Source: an uncultured Gammaproteobacteria bacterium (GTDB lineage Bacteria > Pseudomonadota > Gammaproteobacteria > JACCXJ01). From it: a stretch of DNA of 64,000 nucleotides. Shown here one piece after another: positions 20,878 through 29,453 of this stretch (position 1 is its first letter; every line of letters begins with the position of its first letter). The stretch is from positions 128,001 to 192,000 of the forward strand of contig CAVXTM010000016.1 of assembly GCA_963764725.1 (NCBI GenBank). Reading direction: 5' to 3'. Under the pieces are notes generated by a model, which saw nothing but the letters and a program-made list of their open reading frames with translations, ran no database searches and was not told the origin of the DNA. The position numbers and the translations under genes are program-made.

Positions 20878-22823
20878 GGGAGCGGGTCTTCCGGCGCCGC
20901 CGCATGCTCGAGGAGGATGCGCCGGATCTCCTCGATGACCTCGGGCTGCCCCTGGCACGAGTGATCCGACCGGACCACCAGCTCGGAGACCGCCTCGTCG
21001 ATGTGGGCGCTGCGGTAGGCCACGACGCCATCGTCTCCCTCCTCCTCCGGGCCATCACCCTTCACCGCGATAATCGAGTGCGCCGGAATCCGGGACGGAA
21101 CCGGGATGGATTCTAGGATTTGGAGGCCAGGGTTCTGCGGGTTCATGTTATCGACCGCGGTTGGCGGCCGACGGAGGGCCGCGACCAGCTTCTCGTCCCC
21201 GCTCGTCGTGGCGGCCTGGGCGAGCTCGCCGAACACCGCCACCGGCAAGGTCACGAGCCACGTAGCAATCGCCCCTAGCCGGCCGGTGGCGAGAAGGGCC
21301 CCGTGGTGGGGCGTCGCCACGAACACCACCCGCTCGACGAAGGGCAGGGAGGTGAAGAACGCAGACTGCCGCAGGAGATCGCGGGTCTCGGAACTGAGCT
21401 TGACCGCATCGAACGGCTTGCTGCTGATGCGGTCCCAGAATCGCGTCCCGCTATCGATTGCGGTAAGCTTGGTCAAGAGCCCCCCCTGGCTATGGCCGAT
21501 CACGACCATGCGGCGCAGCGCCGAATCCTTACCCTCGGGATCGAACTCCTGCACCGCAGCCGTCAGCGCGGCCCGCAGCCGTCCGGCCGAGTAGCCGATC
21601 GGGTTACCGGTGTCGTACAGAAAAACCCAGATCTGAAACCGCTCGCGGATCCGGGGATCGCCCTCGAGCTCGTTGATCAGCTCGGCCCAGCGCAAGGGGC
21701 TCGATGCCGTCCCGTGCACCAGCACCACGGGGATCTTCCCGGGCCGGTACGGGTGGAGCGTGAAGAGGCCGTCCTGGGCCCGGTCGCGCGGGATCAACCC
21801 TCGGAAGATTCCGCCGCGGAGGAACCCGGCGATCTCCATGTCGTAGATTGGGTTTCCTTCCAGTTGATAGGCGAGCGCTGCCGTCGGATCGGACTCGAGG
21901 GGCTGCTCCCGCCCATCCACCGTCACGGTCGAGGCCTGGTCCGCGGCATATAACTCGAGACGCCCACGGATCTGCCCGCTGGCCAAGCTTGCCCGCGCGT
22001 GATCGAAACGCAGCAGCGCGGTGACCGGGACCTTCGTGCGGGGTCCGAGGCGTTCCGACCCGACGACCTTTGCCGCCGCCTGTCCCGTCGCCAGGCTCGC
22101 TGCCAGAGGGGCGCCGAGGCCGGGGCTGCGGTAGCGGTTCCTGAGGCCTCGGACCTCGAGGGTCGTCGTCGAGACGAAGCGATCTAGCCGGTAGCCGCCC
22201 CACGTCAGGGCGGACTCGTCCAGGGTGACTCGGAGCGTCCCGAATGGGAGCTTATGCGCGCCCGACTCCAGCCGTACCTCCCCCTCGTCGCGCCCCGCGC
22301 TCAGCCCCTGGGCGACGGCCTGGTTGTAAAGATCGTACGCCAGCCGCAATCGGGGATCCGAGGGCTGGATCCGTATGCCGGCAGCGTCTCCCGGGAACAG
22401 GAGCGCCCAGCCATACACGGCCGACGCCAGGAAATGCGCGCGGTCGCCCGTGCGCTCGGCGTGGAGAAAGGACAGCTCCGCCAGCGCGAATAGGCGATCC
22501 TCGTCACCTGCCGGACTCAGCCCGCCATGCAGCTCGGCGAGGACCTTCTCCGGCTCCTCGTCGAACCGATCCAGGAGCCCGAGTCGCCTGAGCACCATTT
22601 TCGAGGGCTCCGACGGTTGGCCCACCGAGAGCGCGCTCTCGGTGTGAATGCGATAGGCGGTCTGGATGTCCACGGGCTGCACGCCGACCGGTGTCGCGCA
22701 TCCCGAGACAACCAGCGTGAGGCCGGTGAGCCCCAGAATCCACAGAGTAATTGGCGCGAGATGCGCCGTCGATCTGCCGAACCAGTCGCGGCTGAAATCG
22801 ACTAAGGTCGGTATGAAGTGCAA
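20874..22823 (-). CDS. Alpha/beta-hydrolase (lipase/esterase-like) lipoprotein
   Basis: VSGC lipobox, VLVHGTASSP oxyanion region, GHSQGG nucleophile elbow, DGVV, terminal DHSCQ His. Start codon uncertain. Confidence 0.88.
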   Translation of the reverse strand: MHFIPTLVDFSRDWFGRSTAHLAPITLWILGLTGLTLVVSGCATPVGVQPVDIQTAYRIHTESALSVGQPSEPSKMVLRRLGLLDRFDEEPEKVLAELHGGLSPAGDEDRLFALAELSFLHAERTGDRAHFLASAVYGWALLFPGDAAGIRIQPSDPRLRLAYDLYNQAVAQGLSAGRDEGEVRLESGAHKLPFGTLRVTLDESALTWGGYRLDRFVSTTTLEVRGLRNRYRSPGLGAPLAASLATGQAAAKVVGSERLGPRTKVPVTALLRFDHARASLASGQIRGRLELYAADQASTVTVDGREQPLESDPTAALAYQLEGNPIYDMEIAGFLRGGIFRGLIPRDRAQDGLFTLHPYRPGKIPVVLVHGTASSPLRWAELINELEGDPRIRERFQIWVFLYDTGNPIGYSAGRLRAALTAAVQEFDPEGKDSALRRMVVIGHSQGGLLTKLTAIDSGTRFWDRISSKPFDAVKLSSETRDLLRQSAFFTSLPFVERVVFVATPHHGALLATGRLGAIATWLVTLPVAVFGELAQAATTSGDEKLVAALRRPPTAVDNMNPQNPGLQILESIPVPSRIPAHSIIAVKGDGPEEEGDDGVVAYRSAHIDEAVSELVVRSDHSCQGQPEVIEEIRRILLEHAAAPEDPLP

Positions 22824-22900
22824 CTCGTTATTGGCGGGCCGAGCGCGAGAAAATCTTCAGTGGCAGCCATATTTTCTAGAAATTTTGCCGCACCGACGGT

Positions 22901-23800
22901 TTAATATCCCGAAGGCGGAGCCACTACCATATAGCTGACGCCACCCCCTCCATAAGCCTGGGTGTACCAGGTCGAACCGCACTGGTAGTACGTCACGCCG
23001 CTGACAACGATCACGCTAGGCGTGCAGGGAAGGCTCGTGTAGCCCGCCGGTGGCGGCGTTGTGTATACCACCGTCGAGGGGGTAGTGGCCGAGGTTCCCG
23101 CCGCGTAGCCTGCCATGGCACCTACTGCCGCTGAGCCGATCGCCACGGCCGCGACTTCGCCACCGTCCCAGTCATCGTCGTCATGGTAGTAGCCCCCTCC
23201 GTGGTAAGCGCCGCCGTAATAGTGGTCGTCCGCGTAATTTTGCCGGTTGGACTGTCGTTCGGTGTAGCCTTGCTGACGGGCGTCGGTCCTTTCGCTATAG
23301 CCCTGCTGCCGGGATTCGACATTCTCATTCGATGCTTGCTGCCGGCTTTGCTGCTGCTGCGAGCGCGATTGCTGTGCTTGCTGCTGCTGTTGCTGCCGGC
23401 CCTGTTGCTGCTGGGAGCGCGACTGCTGGGCCTGCTGTTGTTGCTGTTGGCGACCGGAAGACCTCGCTTGCTGGTTGCTGGAAGCGGTCTGCTGGGTCTG
23501 GGAGCGCTGCGCGGACCTCTGCGAGTAGGCCGAGCTCCCGGAGCTCATCGAGCTAGACCTGGACGACGCTCCGCTGGCCCTGGACGACGCACCGCCCGCG
23601 CGGGACGAGAAGCTGCCGCTTGCAGCGGCACCACTGCGTGAAAAACCGCCGCCTCCGCCACCGCCTCCGCCGCCACCTCGCGAGAAACCGCCTCCGCCCC
23701 CGCCGCCTCCACGACGGGCGACAGCGTCATCCACGGACGCTATTAGTAAAACGATCGTGGCCGTAATAGCGGTAACGATCAAGTAAGGTTTGGTATTCAT
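22901..23800 (-). CDS. Secreted Gly/Ser/Gln-rich low-complexity protein with glycine-zipper helix and C-terminal DUF6515-like domain
   Basis: MNTKPYL..AVA signal peptide, poly-G, Q-rich repeats, AVAIGSAAVGAMAG, C-terminal YTSLPCTP..GVTYYQCGSTWY..YMVVAPP; ATG overlaps the DUF2092 stop. Confidence 0.75.
   Translation of the reverse strand: MNTKPYLIVTAITATIVLLIASVDDAVARRGGGGGGGGFSRGGGGGGGGGGGFSRSGAAASGSFSSRAGGASSRASGASSRSSSMSSGSSAYSQRSAQRSQTQQTASSNQQARSSGRQQQQQQAQQSRSQQQQGRQQQQQQAQQSRSQQQQSRQQASNENVESRQQGYSERTDARQQGYTERQSNRQNYADDHYYGGAYHGGGYYHDDDDWDGGEVAAVAIGSAAVGAMAGYAAGTSATTPSTVVYTTPPPAGYTSLPCTPSVIVVSGVTYYQCGSTWYTQAYGGGGVSYMVVAPPSGY
23345..23452 (-). repeat. Two 54-nt coding tandem repeats (RQQQQQQAQQSRSQQQQ[G/S])
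   Basis: Near-identical peptide units with synonymous codon differences. Confidence 0.85.
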
Positions 23801-24657
23801 TTCTGTCCTCCGGTTTGCTTCGGGGTTGTCGCTCCCTGAAGCGCGATTTGCGGCAACTGTGCGAGGAAGGAGATCTTCCGTGCACCTTCGGGCGGCGTGA
23901 ACGCGAACTGGGAGTCCTGGACTTCGGGCGAGAAGTTCCAATCGGAAAACTCTGCCCGGAACTGGGGCTGGCCTTCCGCATTCTTGTAGGTCAATACCAC
24001 TCGGAGCGGCAACGGCTGAGCGCCCTCCGCGATCCAGACCTGATAATCCACCGTCTCGGTGCGTCCCGCCAGGTGATGGGTCGGTCTCCCCTCGATTTCG
24101 GTCCTCTCTACATAATCGAGCGACCGGGTGCGGCGTTGGATCTCCTCCGGAAACCGGCTCAGCAAGAGCGCAGCGAGCGGCAGCCGCATGTGGAGATCTT
24201 TGAGGAAATACACGACCGCCTCGTCGATGCCTCCGGGTTTGGATGCTTGAGCATAGACGTTCTGCGACGGGCTGAACACCGTGATGTTCTTACCGTCGTA
24301 GAGGACGAGATGCTGCTCGCCGTCGCTATGCTCCGCCTCGACGCGCAGACCGTTCGGCCGGCTCACGGTGATCTTCCGCATCTCGCCGAATTCGATCTTC
24401 TGGCCGGATCCCTGAACCACGTCGTAATTGCCCTGGACGTTCACACTGAAACGCGGGGCCTGGGCCAGGTAGCCGGCCATGCGCAGGAGGATATCCTTCG
24501 CCTCCTTAGGCTCCGCCACCACTTGCGCCGCCGGTCCCGGGGTAGCCGCAGGCTCCGGGCGCGTTGCTGCCTCCTCGGCCGCACAGCCGGACAGAACCAG
24601 AAGCACCGGCGCACACAGCGCCGCATGCAGGGCCCACCCACAACGTACTATTTTCAT
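23797..24657 (-). CDS. DUF2092 periplasmic/lipoprotein (LolA/RseB-like fold)
   Basis: LSGC lipobox, AKDILLRMAGYLA, SGQKIEF, VSRPNGLR, YDGKNIT, VDYQVWI, PLPLRVVLTYK, FSDWN. Confidence 0.88.
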   Translation of the reverse strand: MKIVRCGWALHAALCAPVLLVLSGCAAEEAATRPEPAATPGPAAQVVAEPKEAKDILLRMAGYLAQAPRFSVNVQGNYDVVQGSGQKIEFGEMRKITVSRPNGLRVEAEHSDGEQHLVLYDGKNITVFSPSQNVYAQASKPGGIDEAVVYFLKDLHMRLPLAALLLSRFPEEIQRRTRSLDYVERTEIEGRPTHHLAGRTETVDYQVWIAEGAQPLPLRVVLTYKNAEGQPQFRAEFSDWNFSPEVQDSQFAFTPPEGARKISFLAQLPQIALQGATTPKQTGGQK

Positions 24658-24971
24658 AGCGGATCTCTCCTTGCTGCGTTCGTTTTGAGGACTGATGCAA
24701 TCGACCCGTCCGCGCCTCTTCACATTGTAGAGGTGAGGGTCGGCCTGCCGCAATCCCTTACGGTCCCGCAGCCTATCCCGGGGCAAGACCCGGACGAAGC
24801 CGGTGCCAAGTACTTGATGCGGCGTGTGCTACTCTTTGCGAATGGGGCGCCCGCCGTGGGGCTGATGTCGTCGCCAGCAACGCCATCTCCCCACAGGAGT
24901 TGGGGCCGCTTCAAGTTCCAAATAAGAATACCTCGGACGCAGCTCAGGCCTCAGTTGGGAGATCGCGAGAA

Positions 24972-26078
24972 ATGAGTAAGTTGAACACGACAGCCATGGC
25001 CCTGATGGTGACGCTTGTGTGCTGCACGCGGATAGCTACCGCCGATCCCATTGCTGGCTCCGGGAGTGACCCTCTACGAACAGCATCGAGCAAGCCCTTT
25101 CTTCTCGCGCCTCCGGAGGAAGCACGTCCCGTCGTGGTTCGCGCCCGCTTTGAGGTTCATGGCATCAATGAGATTAACGACGAGGCGGAAACGTTCGAGT
25201 TCGCAGGCGTACTCACGCTCAAGTGGCATGACCCACGCCAGGTCTTCGACCCCGCTGCTGTGGGAGTGGGTGAACAAATCTTCCAGGGCGGCTACCAGTT
25301 CAACGAGCTCTCGACTGGCTGGTATCCGCAGGTGGTCCTCGTCAACGAATCTGGCTTGTACCAGAAGAACGGAGTCGTGCTGCGCGTACTGCCGGACGGA
25401 ACCTCGACTCTGATCGAGACATTGAATGCTGCTGCGAAGGCAGAGTTCAACATGAGGCGATTCCCGTTCGATGGGCAGCGCCTCGAAGCCGTGTTTGAAG
25501 TCCTGGGGTTCGATCGGGATGAGGTAGTGCTGCAAGCGGAATCAGATGCTGCCAGTTCCTTGGCCAGCGAAGTTCGGATTCCTCAATGGACCATCACAGG
25601 AGCCAGTGTGTCTGTACGGGATCGCTCCGCATCCTACGCCGGACGCCGAGGGGTTTCGTCAGCGTTCGTCGTGAGCGTTGATGTACAGCGAGAGTCCTTT
25701 TATATGAGCCGACTCGTCATCATTCCTCTCGTTGTGATCGTAGTGCTCTCGTTCTCGGTGTTCTGGATGGATCGGTCGTCGCTCGGCGATCGGCTCAGTG
25801 TCTCGTTCATCGGGATCCTGACCGGCGTCGCCTACCAGATCGTGATGAGCGAGCACCTGCCCCGCATCTCGTATCTCACGTTCATGCACGGGTTTCTAAA
25901 CCTCAGTTTCCTGACCATGTGCGCGACAGTCGTAATCAACCTGGTGGTGGGCACGCTGGATAAGCAGGGAAAGAGCGAGCTTGGAGATCTCATCGATCGA
26001 CGTTGTCGATGGGGATTCCCTCTCATGTACTTCGGACTCAGCCTCGTCATGCTCGGTGTGGCGATGCTGTTGTTCTAG
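24972..26078 (+). CDS. Prokaryotic pentameric ligand-gated ion channel (GLIC/ELIC-like)
   Basis: Signal peptide; INEINDEAETFEFAGVLTLKWHDPR, loop A WYPQVVLVNE, Pro-loop RRFPFDGQRL, pre-M1 Arg, M1 IIPLVVIVVLSFSVFWM, M2 DRLSVSFIGILTGVAY, M2-M3 LPRISYLT; four TMs. Confidence 0.9.
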   Translation: MSKLNTTAMALMVTLVCCTRIATADPIAGSGSDPLRTASSKPFLLAPPEEARPVVVRARFEVHGINEINDEAETFEFAGVLTLKWHDPRQVFDPAAVGVGEQIFQGGYQFNELSTGWYPQVVLVNESGLYQKNGVVLRVLPDGTSTLIETLNAAAKAEFNMRRFPFDGQRLEAVFEVLGFDRDEVVLQAESDAASSLASEVRIPQWTITGASVSVRDRSASYAGRRGVSSAFVVSVDVQRESFYMSRLVIIPLVVIVVLSFSVFWMDRSSLGDRLSVSFIGILTGVAYQIVMSEHLPRISYLTFMHGFLNLSFLTMCATVVINLVVGTLDKQGKSELGDLIDRRCRWGFPLMYFGLSLVMLGVAMLLF

Positions 26079-26155
26079 CCATGAACCTAACCTTGACGAC
26101 TTGGATTAGAGCCCGGTGAAGTGACCAACCAATCAACCACTGAAAGGGCACAACC

Positions 26156-27644
26156 ATGAAGAACAGAACTATGCTCCCTGCCCTCAGCCTGGGCATTGGC
26201 CTTGCCGTCGGCGCCGCCGCAACATTCTTGCTGGCAAGCACAGAAGATACGGTGGCGCAGGTCGGGGCTGGAGCCGACCAGCTAAAGAAGCTCGCCGCGG
26301 GGGGCTACGAAACGGACCCAGAGGTCCTGAAGGCTATTGCGACCGGTGGTACACCCATGGGCCGCTGGAAGGAAGGTCTCACCTTCGACGGGGTCGCACC
26401 GATGCCCTGGCTCAAGAGCGCGGCGAACTGGTTCCCGAAGACGGAAGAGGTCCAGCCCGACGAGATCCGCGTGACCTTCATGGGCAGTTCGCCGCTGCCG
26501 CGGCCCGGACAGATGGGCACCTCGGTTTACGTCGAGCTCGGCAACGGCGACAACTTCATCTTCGACATGGGGCCGGGCTCGATCGCCAACTACCTTGCGG
26601 CGGGCGTGCCGCTCAATCGTCTGAACAATATCTTCCTCACCCACCTGCACTGGGACCACGTCGCCACCGTGCCGTATGTCTACATGTTCGGTGCGTGGGC
26701 GGGTCGCTGGCACGAGACGTTTCGCGTCACCGGACCGTCGGGTACGAAGCCCGAATACGGTACTCGCTACATGATGGATCGGATGAAGGAGATGCTGACC
26801 TGGCATCGCGACCAGCTTCGACGAGTCGCCGATCGGCAAAGGCTTCGATATGGAGGTCAATGAGTTCGATTTTCGCGACGACGGCGGCGTGGCCTACGAG
26901 AAGCGCGGCGTCAAGATCACGCACTGGCGCCAATCGCACACCGAGGACGGCGCCTCAGCCTATCGCCTCGACTGGAACGGCATGAGCGTCGCCTTCACCG
27001 GCGACGGCCGTCCGAACTCGCTCACCATCAAGTACGCCGAGGGAGTTGACCTGCTGATCACGGAAGTCCAAGCCGAACTGGTAGCGATCAGCGCTACGGT
27101 GAATGGCGTGTTGCCCGTGATTGGTCGCAACACCGTGGACATGGCCCACAATCCCGGCTACGCGGCCGGATACCTGTTCAACAAGGTGAAGCCGCGCATG
27201 GCCATGACCACGCACATGGGCTACGACGCCTACTCCAACCCGGAGCTGCTGGCCGAGATCCGCCATCACTACAACGGGCCCTTCCATTTCGGCGCGCCCG
27301 ACATGGTGGTGGTGAACCTGACGCGCGACAAGGTCTGGGTACGCGATGGCGTGGTGCCAGATTACCCGAGCATGGCGCCGCCGAAGTTCGACATCGCCGC
27401 GATGGGCGGGTTGGTCATTCCGGCTCCGCGCAACAAGCGTGAGGACTTCCAGGAGCAGTCGATTCGCGACGCCGAGATTCCGCCGGACGATTACTACCCG
27501 AAGGGCTACAAGCCGGACCTGATTCCGGCCTGGCCAACCAGCAAGCCCATCTTCATCCCGGCCGACAATGTGCCGCCGGCTTGTGGCTGCACGGCAAGCC
27601 TGCGGCGGCCGCGCAGCCTGGAGCGGACGCCAAGGATGGGGTGA
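26156..27644 (+). CDS. Exported MBL-fold metallo-hydrolase (RNase Z/AtsA-arylsulfatase/GntH-like), frameshift near 26815
   Basis: VTFMGS, FIFDMGPG, THLHWDH metal motif, H..GASAYRLDWNG, FTGDGRP; ORFs 26156-26863 and 26850-27644 join. Confidence 0.85.
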
Positions 27645-27921
27645 CGAAGAAGTGACCGCGATCTGGCTAATGCCCCGGCGGGCCAATCGCCGACACTGCG
27701 CAAGGGCAGTTGCGGCTCCCGCGCGAGGAGGGGAATATCACCGCTTCCCCAAAGCTTACCGCCCAGACTGATAATCAACCGCAAGCCCATCCATCAACAG
27801 ATTTCCTAGATTGCCTTCCCTCGGACCTACCGCTCGTATACTGGACAGCTGGACAGACCAGTGACGCCGCTGACCTCGGCGACCAACGTCTCACGCGGCA
27901 ACCCAGCCACTCATGGCGGCC

Positions 27922-28124
27922 TTAGAAATTAGCCATGAGTCGCAATCCCGTTACCACGGTGGTATCAATCCGGCTTAGGCTGGGGGAGAGGAATTGAAGG
28001 TTCGGCGTAAAATGGAGCCATGGCGTCAATTCAAAGTTGTAGTAGGTCTCCCCGTCATAGCGGTCGTTCAACCCGCGGAGGATGCCTTGGAACTGGTCGG
28101 TGAGCTCGACGTAGTAGAACCCGC
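27922..28124 (-). pseudogene. C-terminal remnant of an OprB-like carbohydrate porin
   Basis: Manual translation GFYYVELTDQF..DGETYYNFELTPWLHFTPNLQFLSP..TTVVTGLRLMANF*, with a terminal Phe beta-signal. Confidence 0.7.
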
Positions 28125-28163
28125 CGATGGACTGGACGTTCGCACGGAGTCGTTGCTGGCGCT
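28122..28163 (+). repeat. ~42-bp near-identical copy of a pqiB internal segment (15709-15750)
   Basis: cgccga(t/c)ggactggacgttcgcacggagtcgttgctggcgct present at both loci. Confidence 0.9.
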
Positions 28164-28343
28164 CGTGAACCCATCGAGCGCACAGTTAACGATTGTATTG
28201 AACCGGGCGGACTGGTAATCTCGCGCGGCGGCTTTGGTGGTGGGGCTTCCGGTCGCTCGCACCGTTGAGGAGCGCGAACCTGACGTGCACGCTGAACAAG
28301 GCACGACCAACCGAAGATTCAGAAACAGAAGAGGAGATCGAAC

Positions 28344-28679
28344 ATGAAAAGCAGGGTTCGTCTGGCAACGGTTGCCTGTGGCTTCGCCGTGGCTACGCTC
28401 GCCGCAGGCTGCGCGATGCAAGAAAAGCAGACCATGGAGAGCCTCGATCAGCCCATCAACTGCGCCACGGCCGAAGGCGACATCCGGGTACTCCAGGGCG
28501 AAAAGACTCACGTAGCCCAGCAGGTCGCCTCGGGTTTGTCAGCGGTTGCTCCCGCCGGCATCGTCATGGGCCTTGTCACCGGCACGGAGGGGACGAAGCT
28601 GCAGGTGGCCACCGGCGACTACAACACGCAGATCGACCAGAGAATCGCCGCGATCAGGTCAACCTGCCAAGTACAGTAG
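28344..28679 (+). CDS. Small lipoprotein of unknown function
   Basis: GAGGAG RBS, LAAGC lipobox, PINCATAEGDIRVLQ..YNTQIDQRIAAIRSTC. Confidence 0.75.
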   Translation: MKSRVRLATVACGFAVATLAAGCAMQEKQTMESLDQPINCATAEGDIRVLQGEKTHVAQQVASGLSAVAPAGIVMGLVTGTEGTKLQVATGDYNTQIDQRIAAIRSTCQVQ

Positions 28680-28763
28680 GGCGCGGTGCCGAGAGGGAGT
28701 GATCCTGCTTAGCCGACTGCCGGGATCGGCCGCTCCCGGCAGATGGGCTGCTGAGGACGCGTG

Positions 28764-29021
28764 CTATTTCTTCTTATGGACCTTTACCGGTGCCCCTTCA
28801 GCGATCTCGTATTCAACCATGTCGCCCGTCTTCAGGTCTTCGGCGACGACATCAGCCACAGCGATTTCATACTCCTTACCGTCATCCCCTCTGATCTTGA
28901 CGACGTCTTCCGCAACCGCGATGACCGTTCCGCCCGCACTTTCACCTGCCAAAGACACGGTTGACGCCAACAACAGACCGGCGAGCACAGCCGCACAGAT
29001 ACTGACTATACGTATAGACAT
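28764..29021 (-). CDS. Small exported beta-rich protein of unknown function
   Basis: GAGGAG RBS, signal peptide MSIRIVSICAAVLAGLLLASTVSLA, OB-fold-like GTVIAV..VKIRGDDGKEYEI..LKTGDMVEY. Confidence 0.65.
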   Translation of the reverse strand: MSIRIVSICAAVLAGLLLASTVSLAGESAGGTVIAVAEDVVKIRGDDGKEYEIAVADVVAEDLKTGDMVEYEIAEGAPVKVHKKK

Positions 29022-29107
29022 GTTTATTTTCTCCTCATTTTTCGATTGATGCGAGTACCTCGCCTTGGAGCGGCCTCCCACAGCGCGAACAAAAGATATA
29101 GTCATTA

Positions 29108-29243
29108 GCTCTTCTAATAATTCCCTCTCCCCCAGGGAGAGGGCTAGGGTGAGGGATGTAAGTATATGATTGTTATACCCTCATCCTAACCTTCTCCCGG
29201 TCCGGAGGGAGAAGGGACTTTTCGCGATTTTTAGAGATCCCCA
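29108..29243. repeat. REP/REPIN-like doublet of CCCTCTCCC..GGGAGAGGG hairpins
   Basis: ccctctcccccagggagagggctagggtgaggg - AT-rich spacer - ccctcatcctaaccttctcccggtccggagggagaaggg; same family as the repeats at 61137-61591. Confidence 0.8.
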
Positions 29244-29295
29244 TTAGACACGTCCCGGCGCCGGCTCGGTCAGTTTTCCCGATAGGGCCTGCAGG

Positions 29296-29344
29296 GTAGG
29301 CTGCACGTTAGATGCGGGCGGCCCGCGAGCTTAAGGTGCAGCCT
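29296..29344. repeat. GTAG-tagged hairpin (REP-like)
   Basis: gtaggctgcac...gtgcagcct 9-bp stem with an inner gcggg/cccgc stem. Confidence 0.45.
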
Positions 29345-29453
29345 CGAAGGAAGGTAAGACACCCAACGCCGCTTGTCAAGCTGAAGTCTTTTCCAACATG
29401 GTATGTGTCTGAACGGTAGCCGTTGGGTCGATCCTGGTTACGCCCGTAAGAGC

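Noticed and set aside
29296-29344. attC site suggested by GTTAGAT
   Set aside because: No matching RYYYAAC box at a suitable distance on the same strand and no cassette ORF; kept only as a REP-like hairpin.
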